NCBI GenBank assembly: GCA_951406725.2
Contig: OX597820.1
Coordinates: forward strand, 85,250,001 to 85,314,000
DNA length: 64,000 nt
From: Octopus vulgaris
Taxonomy: Eukaryota
Direction: 5' to 3'
Shown: piece by piece, positions 40,339 to 54,085 of the stretch
How the letters are laid out: each line of letters opens with the position of its first letter
Numbering within the stretch: position 1 is the stretch's first letter
Translations under genes and position numbers: made by a program
The notes under the pieces: model-generated
The model's input: only the letters and a program-made list of their open reading frames with translations
Told to the model about the DNA's origin: nothing
Databases searched by the model: none

Positions 40339-40370
<32 letters not shown>

Positions 40371-40414
40371 AAACAAGTCAAAAATAGAAAATGCTAAAAT
40401 AATTTTATAGTGAA

Positions 40415-40462
40415 CATTTCGGTACCGGTTTCGGTCATTTTGAGACCTTTTCAACTGTAACG
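40415..40462 (-). ncRNA. Minimal hammerhead, U3-A8 variant, in a separate PLE-like fragment (~40367-40580)
   Basis: Minus strand ttacag-TTGAAAA-ggtc-tcaaaat-gacc-GAAA-ccgg-TA-ccgaaa. Helix II is perfect; helix I is partly decayed. The fragment lies between (TA)n tracts. Confidence 0.6.
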
Positions 40463-40579
40463 ATTAAATAATTAAATTTAGAAAAATCAGAAGAAAAGTT
40501 TTTTTAAAAGAATATTTCTATAGTAGTGTTCAGATTTAAGTGGCATTCTGCCTTTCTCTGACTCCCTTGTTTGCACTTA

Positions 40580-40611
<32 letters not shown>

Positions 40612-41024
40612 ATTTAGGATATCTAAGAGATAACACCACGCTAGAAATAGTAGCCAAAACTTGATTCTACAACGACATTTAGGCTGTTATTTCAAGCCTG
40701 GTATTATCTCTTAGGTACCCTAAATTATAATTTTAATAATAATTTGAATGTTTTTATTTCCATGCTTGGCCACCTGATAAGTTCGATATTTAAATAACGA
40801 TATTATCCTTATGTATATATATATATATGTATCGAAAAGATGTGTTATACTATTTGCCATATGCAAATAGGATTGCCATACTAACTATCAAGTAATATTA
40901 TTCCACATGTACAACAGTCATGCCAACAACCGAACATACCTCCATGTTTACCAATCTAGTTTTTGATACATACATTTGTGAGTGTGTGCGAATGCACTCT
41001 CGTGTGTATATATATTTATATGTG

Positions 41025-41133
<109 letters not shown>

Positions 41134-42399
41134 GCGCAAATATATATAGAAAGGGATTGAGATAGATAGATAGATAGATAGATAGAATGTGATATCATCG
41201 ACAATTAAGTTAGATATATGTACATTCACCCTCAAACACAAGTTCAAATATATGCACACTAACAGTTAGACACACATCCTCACATCAAATAATTCTGGTT
41301 AACATTTTGTCAATGAAGTGAAATGTGGAATCTCTCAATTAATTAATCAGAGCAATCGGGGAAAATATTGAAGTTTTGTCTCAACTTTATTGCGATTAGT
41401 TCTCCATCTGCTGATTGGTTTCATATACGTTTCCACGCGTATGAAATAATTGGATATGATAGTGTTAGAGGAATAACTGTAGAGTAAGAGATATAGATCT
41501 TAAGAGAGAGTGAGTGAAAGAGACTGATCCTCTCTGAGAGTTAGTGAGTGATTAATGCATATCATGAAAGCTGATTGAACCAAAATTTTATTGAACACGC
41601 AAGGATTTGAAATGCATTTGTTGTTGTTGCGGATTGAAAGTAGGAAGATTAATATTATCGGATTAAAAACAGCACATATGTTAAGTAGATTTTGATCTGA
41701 TATACGTGTGTTTTCTTTTAGTTTTATACATTGCAGAGTGAAGCAATAATATTACAAATTTCCAAAGTAGCGAGACTAAGCTTACGTGGTGTTCATTCAA
41801 GCCTTCATAAGAGAGACTTGGAGACAAGAGTATCCCTTTAGCATTCGATTCTAATGCGCATTAAAGTATTGCTGAATCACTATTGCCAGCATAACTTACT
41901 GTGATCCTACTGCTTCTATTTGAGCGTTAGCGTGGAATCGATTAATAGCTTTTTGCTATATGACACAGATGCTGGCGTTGGCAAAACGTTATTTGCTGAA
42001 AGAAGGCCAATTGAATTCCTTAATAAGTTATTCTGATTCTCAGTTCCTGTTGTCTTTTTCTTTTTGTAATACATAAAATCAGTTTTCATGTATTACTAAT
42101 TTTTAAACTTTTAAGTGGGATGTAAAATACTCTAACACTAATTAACCTCCCTAAATCGCTAAATGAGGATACCACTGATATGAACAATAGCATATTTCTG
42201 CTATTTCTTTTACGGAGTTCAACGGTGTTTTGAACAGAACCTTAATGGTAATAACTAGACACTGCCAATTATTTAGTTCAGTATTTGACTCGTCATTTCA
42301 ATTAACTATGAAATGCTTCACCTATTTAACTCTGAGTTCCTAGCTTACTATTTCAAGCATGGTTATAACCAATTAAACCTATTAACAGAGGGTACTCTT

Positions 42400-42820
42400 C
42401 ACATTCTCCTTATAAACATACTTGGTTATTTGATCTTTAAACACATGTGGGCTAAAGGATTAATTTAAGATTTAATTTCATTAGTCATCACTTCTAAAAC
42501 ATCCACTGCCTTCAGCGAAGTGTAAATCAAATTATCAAAGAAAGCGATAAGTTGGCTGGGAACGTTTCTGGAATATCAATTCTGGCATGTAGGGTCTAAT
42601 AGATCAATTCTATATACGGTTACTAATACTCATATTATTTTATCAATTAATATCAGTGGAATTCCGTAATAAATGTTATAGAGTGTTAGACTCAACACTT
42701 GAATGGTCCACCCAGACTGCTGTCTGATTAATTTAGTAAAGAAGTTTAGTTGACAAAATCTTGTAATAGTAATATATGTACTAACTTCCATTATTTTATC
42801 GTTCTCAGATAAATGCATTT
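42400..42820 (-). pseudogene. Very old LINE RT remnant
   Basis: Minus frame QSGWTIQVLSLTLYNIYYGIP resembles the RT motif G.PQGSVLSPTLYNIY..DIP. Confidence 0.3.
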
Positions 42821-44759
42821 CAAATTTGATAGTTACATTTGATCGAACAAACTAAAGAAAAGTGCAATACGTCTGGTTTGCTGATCTGATACAGTCACAT
42901 TTACATTCTCTTCCTATTTATTCCGTTTCATTGTTGTCTTTGCATTTCTATTTCTTGTTGGAAATGCTTGGTTAACAACGTGGTCAACTTTCAGAATATC
43001 TTGGGTAGATACGAACAGCATAATGCTTGTAATTGTGTTAAAATGCAACATTTATTGGCACATCTTAAAGATACTGAATAGGAGGAATGGATCTAAAAAT
43101 ATAAGTCCTTTTTAACGGCTATTAGCTCGGCACAACACCCTTTGTGCGTTTGTAATGTTCTACGAACAAGAGAAGCTCCCGGCATTTGTGCTTTCTGAGA
43201 CTGTTTAGCACAACCAAAAATCGCGGATATAAAAACGGAAATAAATCAATCAGTGATTGAACGTACATCTATACTAAGTGTGCAAGAAGCTTATAATCAA
43301 TTTAAATAGCTTAATTCGCATGAACATTCTGAAGTTTATTTGTTGCTGTCTGCTGCTTTGGTGGACATATTTCATATTCATTGAATAAGTATGAATCACC
43401 GCTTATAAATTACAAAATACTTTACAAAATATTTGAAAATATTAGAGTTAAAATGTACCACTACACTAAACAACGGGGTTGTCCCCCTCTGGTTGTATCC
43501 TATTTATTCACCACAAAATATTAAAACGACAACGCCCATCTGAATTTTATGTTAACATCACGATTTTCATAGATCAGCAATCTCAGCATAAGACTGAGAA
43601 ATGGATTTGTGTTTCACTGTCTTTCAGTGGTCAAGGCAAGAACTGCTACTTACGTTGTTTAATATCTTCTCAGAGTAAGGATTATGTATCAAGCGATCAA
43701 CGCTACGTAAAACAAAGATTTGCTTCAGTGGTATGATTCTTATAATTTAGAACAGAAGAAGCAGTGTCGAGTAATAAGAAATTGTATTGCGTGTTATCGT
43801 GCCATTTTCATGCCAATTATTGGTGTCTAACAGTAATTATCTTACATCGACAGAGAAGCGTAACCATTTCCTAGTCACGACAGTCCGGAAGCTTATTCCT
43901 TTGTCTATAAAACATATCAACATCCACCTCATGAAGATTGCTAGCGAACGTATTACATTTAATCTGGAATTAACTCTGTTCAGATCAACTGAACGGAATT
44001 ATCAATTCATCACGGAAGTTTTAAAGTGGAAAGTTAACCACGATTTGGATCTTACATTTAGTATTTCTGAAATATTTTAATTTTTCGTGACATTTGGATA
44101 GTGGCAAATCAAGTAAAATAAATAAAAATATAATTATATGTGTAATACATTAAAGTGACGATGAAAGCAGTCAATTCGCCGAATCGTGAGAGTGGCAGAG
44201 AGATAGCTAGCTTTGAGATATTGATTGTTTCTTCTATACGTCCTGAGTTCAAATATTGCTGAGTTTTTTTGTATCAGGCCTTCCTGTAATTATTACTCTC
44301 AGTTCAAATCATTCCCAGGTCAACACTGCCTTATAAGGTCTGTAAATAAAATGTTGACCCTGTATCTATACTAGGGTCAATTCGTATGCTTTTGTCGCTC
44401 ATTCGTTCAGCCATTCCGTATTTTGTAAGAAATAGGCTATTGCCAAACGAGAAAGATGAGCTCAACCACTTCTAAGAATTTTCCAAAATATATTGCATGT
44501 CACCACGACATGAAGCAGTTGAGGACATAAGCCAAGCTAAAACAACTACTAATCATGTTCACTGAACGAAAATATATTATATATATATATATATATTCAG
44601 CGTCGCATGCTGAAATATACCACACACACACACCTAGCCAATAGCTGGTCTGTCCTTGAGAAGACTGTGCATGTAAATATTCATCTACACTGCCTAGTAC
44701 CCGGAAGGAGCCGTACACTCTCCCGGCCGCTGTTAAGTAGATTACTGGAATTTCAGCTA

Positions 44760-44998
44760 GCATGATTGCTAGCATGATTACTAGCAGGTGGGATTTGAAC
44801 TCAAAATGTAGACAGCCGGAAGTTATTTCGCAAACATACCCACGAATGTGGCCCACTACTCTGCCACTCTCTCCTCCACAAAACAACTTGAAATTAAGTT
44901 ATTCTCAAGAATAAAACACGCCACCTTGTCCGAGATTCGAACTAACTATCTAGGGATTGTGAGTGCTATCATCTTACAAGCAGTCCACACGCCTTCAC
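44760..44998 (-). mobile_element. Old SINE (family D head plus adjacent SINE fragment)
   Basis: Minus strand gtgaaggcgtgtgg...ctcacaatc...agttcgaatctcggac (B box). Confidence 0.5.
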
Positions 44999-47646
44999 TA
45001 GTATTTTGAGTTACATATACCGAATATTTAGGCGACCCCAAGTCGCACAAAAGAGAATTCAAAGCGAAATATGTTAACAAAATTTGGAGTGTATTATAGG
45101 GAAATACTTGCATAAACATTTATAAACAAGTGATACGCAGAGTGACATGTATATATAGACTAGATTTCAAACTAGAGTCGTCATGATTTTGCGGAAATGA
45201 TTCTTTAGTTGAATTCCTACGCATCGATATAACATTTCTCTCAGTTCCGCCACCTGCTTGTGATGTCAATTTAGCATTGCATAGGACTACTTAGTTTAAA
45301 CATTTGCCGTCGAATAGGTAATTTTGTTTAATTGTCTACATACACTCAGATTCTTGGCTGTGCCGTTAGTTTGCTCATTAGGAACTACATACATTATTGT
45401 TCAGCTCTAATTAACTCTGTTGTTCTTACAATATTAAGTTCCGTGTGGCTGGTCAGGAGGTTTCTTCTCAGACGAAGAATTTCCTAGCCACATTAATTAC
45501 TATATTCTTGATGGAAATCATTATATATACGGAGATTTTATCTTTAGAAGTTTGCTGAAAAATCAAGCCTGCAACATTATTTATCATTTTGAAATACACT
45601 TTTATTGAATTAATTATTGGCAAATTTACTAGAGGTTCATTATCTATAGACGTATAACATATGTTTCCGTTTATATTGCTATTTTTATACTTTTCGATAC
45701 AGTTGTCTTAATTTATTTTGATTTTCTATTCGTATTACTGTACCGATATTGTTGTTGCCGGCTGATTGAGGAAAAGCTGCACCCGTAACTTTTCGTGTCA
45801 TTTACCACAGATTAGAAAGAAAATAAGGAGGGCAGATTTTATGTCAGGATGACTATGTTTAGTTGTGGTGCCACGTTTGGAGTCGGAAATTCCTACTTAG
45901 GGAAGCTACAAAAGTAGTCAACTCTTAGGAATAAACAAGGCTTGTATCAGTGATTCATGATAGAAAATGCAGAGCCAGGAGTACGTGGGCTATACGTAAA
46001 CGTTGTAAGCAACGAAAATAAAAAAAAAAGACTTGAGTGGTTTCTTTAGATGTTTGCAGTTATAACAGGAGTAAAAGACCCATAAACACAAGTAGTATTA
46101 TGTTGTTTCACATGGGTTATAAAAGGAAGGACAGACTATACATCTTTGAGGAGGATATATTTAATCTTTAATACACACACTACCCTGTAGTATATTTCCA
46201 AAGATCAAGGCGTATGGATGTAAATAGGATGGGGAAGGTGGAATAAAGGAGGAACATTAAAGTTTTGTAAGGAAGGAACTACAGCAATAAGCGCATTCAT
46301 TACGGCAATAGCAGGACAAAATTGTTGGATAGATACATTGTTATTTGAAAGCATGGTCTGTACGTTCCATGTGGTTCTGAGCTCCGTGAAAGAGAAGGAG
46401 GTGGTTTATTAGAAGATTTTACTGGTGCATGCAGTATGTAGATGTATGCTAAGTGATAAGGAAGTGCGCTGTATTTTCTTTGTAGCATCATTTTGTTGGA
46501 AATGGAGAAGAAACTATCATTGCTCAAACTTAGTATTGAATGTTATGGCAGGGGAACAAAAGGTCCAACAACTTGGATTATGTGAGTGATCAACATAGCC
46601 ACGCATTATAGTTCAAAGAATATATTCGATCGAATGTAATCACTTTTAACACTGACCTCTTAGTGTGGTTATCTAAGATTTACATTATGCCTTATCTCCT
46701 ACATTTTAAATACTGTTTGCTGTGAATCTAGGGAAATTGGCTGTTGTTTGTCGTATGTTCACGAAACGCGTTGATATTTCGTGAACATTTATGAAGCATT
46801 TAGAATATCTACATGACCAGATATAACCTAACTCTCTACGAATATATTAAGAGCTACACGTATATTTTATGATTTTTATTGAGTTCAAATGTTTGGGAAG
46901 GAGAATGTATGCATAATGCGCGAATTTTCAAAATTGGATGGAATAGCATAAGCCAAGTTTTATAAATGTGTTATTTATAAATGTGTGACTGCGTTCATAA
47001 AGGAAATAAGCATTTCGCAGCCATAACAAAATATTCTAATCACAACGCCAGATAAAAAATATTTTTTGTTACAAGCTCAATATATATATATATGGAAATT
47101 ATTTCATATTTAGAGCCATAAGAGTTTGAAATCTAACGATAACATTAATGCAAAGAAAACAACTACTTGTTATACGGATACATACATTTACCTATTTACT
47201 TATATACATATACACACGTGCATACACACACACATAGACACAGAATCACACAAAGACAACTCTTTGTGTATTTTTAGGTACAAATATATGTGCGTGTGTT
47301 TGTGTGTGTATATATAATAAATTTTCAATTTTCAAGGAAAGATCCAGAAGAACAGTTACAAGGTAGCCAAATGTCATATAAGCGCCTAAGAAATTAGTAA
47401 TCTCACTTGCATGTATTAATTCCGAGAAGTGAGTCGTGTTTTGGAGAAAATGAGTATAGTGGAAAATGGAAACAAACAGACAAGATGTTATTTAAATTAT
47501 TTATATCACCATATCACCGATATATTTTTCGATTGATCCACTGCGATAAATCCGAAAGGAAGAAGTATGTGGAAAAGTACATCAATCGAAACATGTATTG
47601 GTGATATAAATGATTTAAATAACATCTTTGCGTTAGTTTCTATTAT

Positions 47647-47717
<71 letters not shown>

Positions 47718-49719
47718 TAATGTGTGTGTGCGCGCGCATGTGTATCAATATATATATACATGTATGCATATATAAATATATAAATATATATATGTACATT
47801 TTCAAGTATTTATGCTAAGTTATAACAGACAATCGCTTAAAAAAATGTGCGTTATGCAATTAGCGGAAGAAAGGGAGAATCGTAAGAGATCTACATTGAT
47901 ATGTACTTACAGGTAGTGACGTAGATGTTAACCGGAAATATATGAATGCAACTGAAAAATCGATAAATTTTTCACCAGTCTCCTGGCTTTAGTTTCGGAA
48001 AATGTTTCATTAAGAAATTACTATTAAAAATATTATTTCAGGTCAGCTTCCAGTCCTATATTTATTTTATCTTTAGTTATGAGATATATATCTCTTTATG
48101 TCTAAAACTCTTCCGATTTTATGCTCCTGTAGGGGAGTTTACCTACTTATTGTACAGGTGATGTCTGGTAAACGAAGCTTTCCAAGAAACTCTATTATTT
48201 GTATGAAAGCACACTACATTTGTATTCCTGTGTATATAACAGTTTTCTGATTTTTTCTCATTTTGAAGCATTGCACATATTAAAATTTATGTGAAAAACA
48301 TGAATTTATAGATACTAAATATTTGTAGTGAATAACTGTTTCCAAATGTATGATTTATTTATCCAGTCGAGAAAATTTTACTTAGATGTGCGGTTGTTAC
48401 CACAAGGGCAGTTGTCTGAGATTAAAGTTACGATCAGAGAATAACAGGTGGTGAATATCCTAATTTTAGTTAGAATATAACGATGTTCTCCTAAATGATA
48501 AAAATCTACTATCCGATATATCGAAGACTTGATTATTATTTGTTGCAGAATGAATAACCGTCTGTAGATGCAGAAGTCTGATTGCATTGCACCATGTTCA
48601 TGTCAATATTCTAAGTTTTTTTTATCTTTGCTCAAATCTAATAGTGCCAACTTACGATGAAAAAATATTCCAGCTATTATCAGATGAATTTCAGCGTGGT
48701 ATATTACATCCAGAATTACATCATAAAATATGCTTTGAATACTTTTCATCTGGAACATAGCCTTTAATTTTAGTGTGATTTGTTATATATATTTGTAAAA
48801 TATCCTCACACAACCTATGATTTAGAAGACTTATTCAAAAGGGGAAATTTCCTGCATATGTTTTTCAGTCATAGCTTATGAATGTGCTTCATACTTTATT
48901 CATTGTATTCCTATTTTTTATAGCAGTTGTATGTAATTAGAAAGGTGTTTTGGTTGCAATTATTAGCAGATCCAGTAACAACATCAGCACATATCAATGT
49001 TTGTTCATGTTGCAGATATAATTCAACTGGAGCAACTTAAAAATGAAATAGAACCAGGGTCGAAAATTTGTCGAATTTCAGATATTACCATTTGCATTCA
49101 CTTATATTTTGTAATAATGTATATCTGCCTCGATTGTATGACCTAAACACTATTATACACTGCATAATAACCAACTGCATTTGACTGCTTGTAAGGTTCA
49201 CAACACTGTTGCAAACATGTAAACGTCTCAGGGCTCAGGTACCTATAATGAATCAAATTAAAGGCCGTGTGTGTGTGCCACTTTATACAAATTATGGGGT
49301 TTTCAGTTTCTTCAGTAGATAATCCAAAACACGAAAATTATAAATCAGTCTCATTAGTAGTTACTACTCTTGTAGAAACTGAAATTCTAAACAACGAGCA
49401 AGAGCTTCCATCGCAGTGTTGCATATATTATCTAATTATTTAAAACGGATACAAAAATGGTTATGTAAATGAATATACAACGTCTCGAAGGTTTTTTCAC
49501 GGGTGAGTAAAAATTATTGAATATATGTTAATATCATATGAAATACAAATTGTGTGTCTTGCTATGATATATGATATTTGAATCGCCGGTTTATTAAATT
49601 ATATTGAAGATCAAATTAAATATTGAATGTAATATTTGCTGAATTCTCTCGTCTTCTATCAATATAATACTTATAATATGGATTTTGTTACTGTAATAAT
49701 ATGAAAATGATGTGGTCTG

Positions 49720-50140
49720 CTTCTTTTTGTCTATAAGAAGCAGACCACATTATGTTAAAATGTGGTATAGGACAGCTTCTGCTCAAGGTAATATTCTTGT
49801 AGAGATGATTGTTATTAAACGAGTTTGGTTATTACAAAATAACAAGACTAATATCTACGAATCAGTGGATATTACATACCAATGGCCGTATCAACTTTTA
49901 CAGAAATCTCCCAAAATCTGGGTTAAGAGAATGTGAGCTGCGCAGAACCAGCCTTAGGAAGCTTATTGCAAAATGCTTGTGTATCAAAACTGCATTGAGA
50001 ATGATTTTATAAGAGAAAATGAATAGCTAATGCGTTATATATTCTACAAAGCATCATTGAAAGAGCAGAGGAAGTACAATAACAACAGCATTTGCTTTTG
50101 ATTGATTGTACAAGGACATTTGATACAAGCAATCTTCAAC
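49720..50140 (+). pseudogene. RTE-clade LINE reverse-transcriptase remnant
   Basis: Decayed frames KMWYRTASAQGNILVEMI (resembles KA.GPDNI.VEM), KSGLRECELRRTSL (resembles K.GA.EC..HRTISL) and NALYILQSIIERAEEVQ*QQHLLLIDCTRTFDT (resembles LYLCFIDYTKAFD). Confidence 0.7.
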
Positions 50141-50449
50141 AGGAAGAAGTTTTAGCTGAGTAGTCGGTGATGTAATAATCTTTGTTTAATATAGTATTAC
50201 TTGAGCTTGTAAAACCATTAATAGGCATGTTTATAATTTACGTCATAATAATTAAAGAATTCTTAGACATATATACAATATTACAAACTCTGATTAAGAT
50301 ATCCCGATGTACACTGCAATACATAATAAGCAAATGCTATTATATTAGATTGATATAGTTACATTTCAATAATAACCAAGAGAAAATCTCATATTAACAG
50401 AAGTCCTTGCCAAACATTCAGTGTTCAAAATACCTCGTGATATATAGTA

Positions 50450-50680
50450 TCGGCGAGCTGGCAGAAACGTTAGCACGTCGGGCGAAATGCTTAGCGGTAT
50501 TTCGTCTGCCGTTACGTTCTGAGTTCGAATTCCGTCGAGGTCGACGTTACCTTTCATCCTTTCGGGGTCGATAAATTAAGTACCAGTAACGCACTGGGGT
50601 CGATGTAATCGATTTAATACCTATGTCTGTCCTTGTTTGTCCCTTCTATGTTTAGCCCCTTGTGGGCAATAAAGAAATGG
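50450..50680 (+). mobile_element. tRNA-derived SINE, family B (near full length)
   Basis: cggcgagctggcagaaacgttagc (A box)...gagttcgaattcc (B box)...gtgggcaataaagaaat tail. Confidence 0.9.
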
Positions 50681-51639
50681 ATATATAGTATGCATGACTG
50701 ATTTTGGCTTGGAGAAGATTTTGGAAAAAAAAACTGCTCTCAATCCCTGAATTCAAATGATGCTTTAAAAGCGAGCAAATTGAATAATAATTGTAATGGA
50801 AGGAACTCCAAGTAAAGAAAATGCGTCGAAATATCTGTTGATTTACATAATCTTATTAAACGCCTAGTTTCACAGGAAAGTACTTCTTATTTTACTCGGC
50901 AAGAACTTTGGTGTAATTATAAATAAAGGATGGTGTTATTATTTGTAAATGATATGCAGCAGATATAATTTTTACACTGAGCCCTAGCTTCGCTACTAAT
51001 GTGAAGAATTTTACATGTCATAAAATAACTATATCCACTGACTGTTTATGTATTACACCAGCACGTTTCTAACTGTGTGAGTTCTATAATAGAGAAACAA
51101 TCCTATATGAAGCAGAAACACAAAAAAATCTAACTTTGTTGCCACTCAAAGTCTGTATATATGCGTGACCGAAAGGTTATGTAGAAGATGAGGATTGTTA
51201 ACTCAATTACTCCTTCATTCAAAAACACCGAACTATGTAGTAGACTTGAAACACTAAAGCTTTATTTGATCATTGGGAGAAAATATTTCGATTACTGAAA
51301 AATGATACCAGGCAATTATTAATTGTAGCATATCCTCGCAAATGCACTATTGATTTCACTTTCAGAATGTAAGTTCCCCAAATATTGACGAGGCATAAAG
51401 TCTCTACGTATTCTATCTGTTAGATCATTTTGATCATCATTTGAATTAACGAATTAGGTTTTCCCCAAATTTTCTTGGAAATTTCCAAAGCGAAATAAAT
51501 AAAACTTCCTCGGTGTGCTCAATGCTTCACCTGTAGTTTATAGAGAATATATTTAATATTCAGTTTGATGTTAGATTTTCTAAAACTTTTAATAACTCGA
51601 TCGATTAACAGATTTCATAAATGTACATAAAGGCATATT

Positions 51640-52050
51640 CTCTTTACTCTCTTTACTCTTTTCCTTGTTTCAGTCATTTGACTGCGGCCATGCTGGAGCA
51701 CCACCTTTAATCGAGCAACTCGACCCCGGGACTTATTCTTTGTAAGCCCAGTACTTATTCTATCGGTCTCTTTTGCCGAACCGCTAAGTGACCGGGACGT
51801 AAACACACCAGCATCGGTTGTCAAGCAATGCTAGGGGGACAAACACAGACACACAAACATACACGCACATACATATATATACATATATACGACAGGCTTC
51901 TTTCAGTTTCCGTCTACCAAATCCACTCACAAGGCATTGGTCGGCCTGGGGCTATAGCAGAAGACACTTGCCCAAGATGCCACGCTGTGGGACTGAACCC
52001 GGAACCATGTGGCTGGTTAGCAAGCTACTTACCACACAGCCACTCCTGCG

Positions 52051-52052
<2 letters not shown>
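51640..52052 (-). mobile_element. tRNA-derived SINE, family C (full length)
   Basis: Closely similar reverse complement of 54732-55135, with an internal (TG)n tract. Confidence 0.92.
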
Positions 52053-52119
<67 letters not shown>

Positions 52120-52139
52120 TTCCTTTTCATTTCATCTAG

Positions 52140-53497
52140 TTTCAGCTCACGAGCAGTGGCCATGCTGGGGCACCGCCATTCGGTGTTGCTACATGATTTT
52201 ACTTCACGAATGCTTTTTAGCAATTGACATTTGGTGCATGACAGAGTTTGATGAAGCTGCCCTCATCTACACCTCCTGTCGTGAAGTTGGTTTATCTGGG
52301 ACACCTGACAGGAAGAGGTCCAGTTTCATTTTAAAGACATCTGCATCCACCCCATGCAGGTCTCTCAGGTCCTTCGGGAGGATATTGAAGAGCTGTGGAC
52401 CTCTGAAGCCCAGGCTATCGCAGTATCTTGTCCTACATCTTGATGGCAAATTTGGAGTCCTTGGCATTATGCAGTGGCGCCCAGTCCTAGTACTTGTGTA
52501 ACTCTCGATGCCAAAGTTTGGGACAAGTCCTTCCAGGATCTCCCAGATGTATATTATGGTGTATCTTTCTCGCCTAGGCTCTAAGGAATATAGTCTTAAT
52601 CTCTTGAATCTTTCTCAATAGCTTATATGCTGCATAGATGCTATCTTCTTCGTGTGGCTTCGTTGGATTGCCTCAAGTTCTGAGATTAATTTGGCACTGG
52701 TTGGCTGAGAGCAATAGTCAAAGTGGTTTAGGATAAGTGTCCTCTAGAGGACCATCATGGTTTCCTGGTCTCTTGTTCTAAAGGTTCTAAGAATCCATCC
52801 AGTCAGCCGCCTATATTTCATTGTAATTTAGCAACATGCACATGAATGGTTGCATAATTACTCATGTAAATACCCAGGTCTCGCACTGATGGTGCCTCTG
52901 GGATTGCAATCCCTCCAGGTCCAGTGTATTTATTGGGTATTGCATTTAGTTTTGCATGCTGATAGCATAAAGCTTGAAAATTTTCAGCAGTGAACTGCAT
53001 GCTATTCTTTTCAGACCACTTGTATATTTGGTCCAGCTCACATTGCAGGTGTATAGTGTCTTCAGGATTCTGTATTGCCTGTGAAACTTTTGTATCATCT
53101 GCATAACTTGTGATCGTGTCTCTCTGCGTGGCTGAGGGCATGTCTGAGAGGGCCATTATGAACAGCAGTACCTTGCGGAACACGGCTCACTATTTGCGTG
53201 TTATTGGAGGTGGCCCCATTGGCTACTACCACCTGGCTTCTATTCTTCAGAAAGTCATGAAGCCTTCTCCCAATTTTCCAACTATGCCAAGATCACGCAG
53301 TTTGTGACATATCATTCCATGATCGACTTTATCAAAGGCCTTTGCAAAGTCGAGATATATCACTTCCACATTTGAATGGTTGAGCAGTCGTTTCAGCACC
53401 CAGTCATAGTGTTGTAGGAGCTGCGTTAGGCAGCTTCTTCCTGGTCGGAAACCATGCTGGGTGTCGGGAAGCAAGTCATTTTCTTCAAGGAAGGTGA
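52140..53497 (-). mobile_element. 5'-truncated CR1/L2-group LINE (RT pseudogene plus 3' end)
   Basis: QHGFRPGRSCLTQLL, VIYLDFAKAFDKVDHG, SYADDTK, VRDLGIYMS and GPQLFNILPKDLR...FKMKLDLFL across frameshifted minus ORFs. Confidence 0.92.
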
Positions 53498-54015
53498 TAT
53501 ATATTCTATGCTATCTCCCTATCTTGTTCTTCTTCCTTTCTGTTTTTCTCTCCTACCCTTTCTCTAAATCTTCTCTCTCCTTCACCGTTCTCTTTCTATC
53601 ACTCTGTCTCCCTCACTCTTCTTCCTTAACTCTCTTGTTTCTCACACGTGATCAACGGCTGTCTTTCTTTCTCACACTTCCATATAAAGGACAAGACGTG
53701 CTTTTGCCTGTCTCTTTTCAAAGCTCGTTTCTACAGCATTCACCACTTCACCTCGTTATGGCTTAACATATGCATACATATGTTTTCTATTGAAGGCTTG
53801 AGATACAAGGTCCACAATATGTGGGTTAGAGTTTATATCACAAGTATTAATATAAACTCAAACCCACTTATTGCAGACCTTTATCTCAAGCCCTCAATAG
53901 GAAACATAGATAATTTTTTCTTTGCTCTGTTTATACTTAATCTATTAAGAATAATATAATAAAACTAATAATAATAATAATAATTGATTCCTTTGTATAC
54001 ATATACATGCATATA

Positions 54016-54085
<70 letters not shown>

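Larger units (their letters stand above)
38337..40340. repeat. Array of 493-bp hammerhead-containing units (about 1.1 inverted + about 3 direct); candidate non-LTR retrozyme / non-autonomous PLE
   Basis: The same 66-aa frame recurs at 38967, 39460 and 39953 (period 493) and inverted at 38630-38830. Units are near-identical, the inversion junction is at ~38876, and (TA)n lies on both sides. Confidence 0.95.

Noticed and set aside
38876-40340. CRISPR array or simple satellite
   Set aside because: There are no short repeats with unique spacers. The units are 493-bp near-identical copies, and a dispersed diverged copy plus the inverted 5' part point to retrotransposition.
41400-41580. Promoter-like region (reverse CCAAT, GA-rich tract); similar at ~10450-10870
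   Set aside because: These short motifs are expected by chance, and no downstream exon could be linked.
46181-46200. miR-10-like start 'taccctgtag'
   Set aside because: The match stops after 10 nt, no precursor hairpin is evident, and it lies in what looks like a decayed LINE 3' end.
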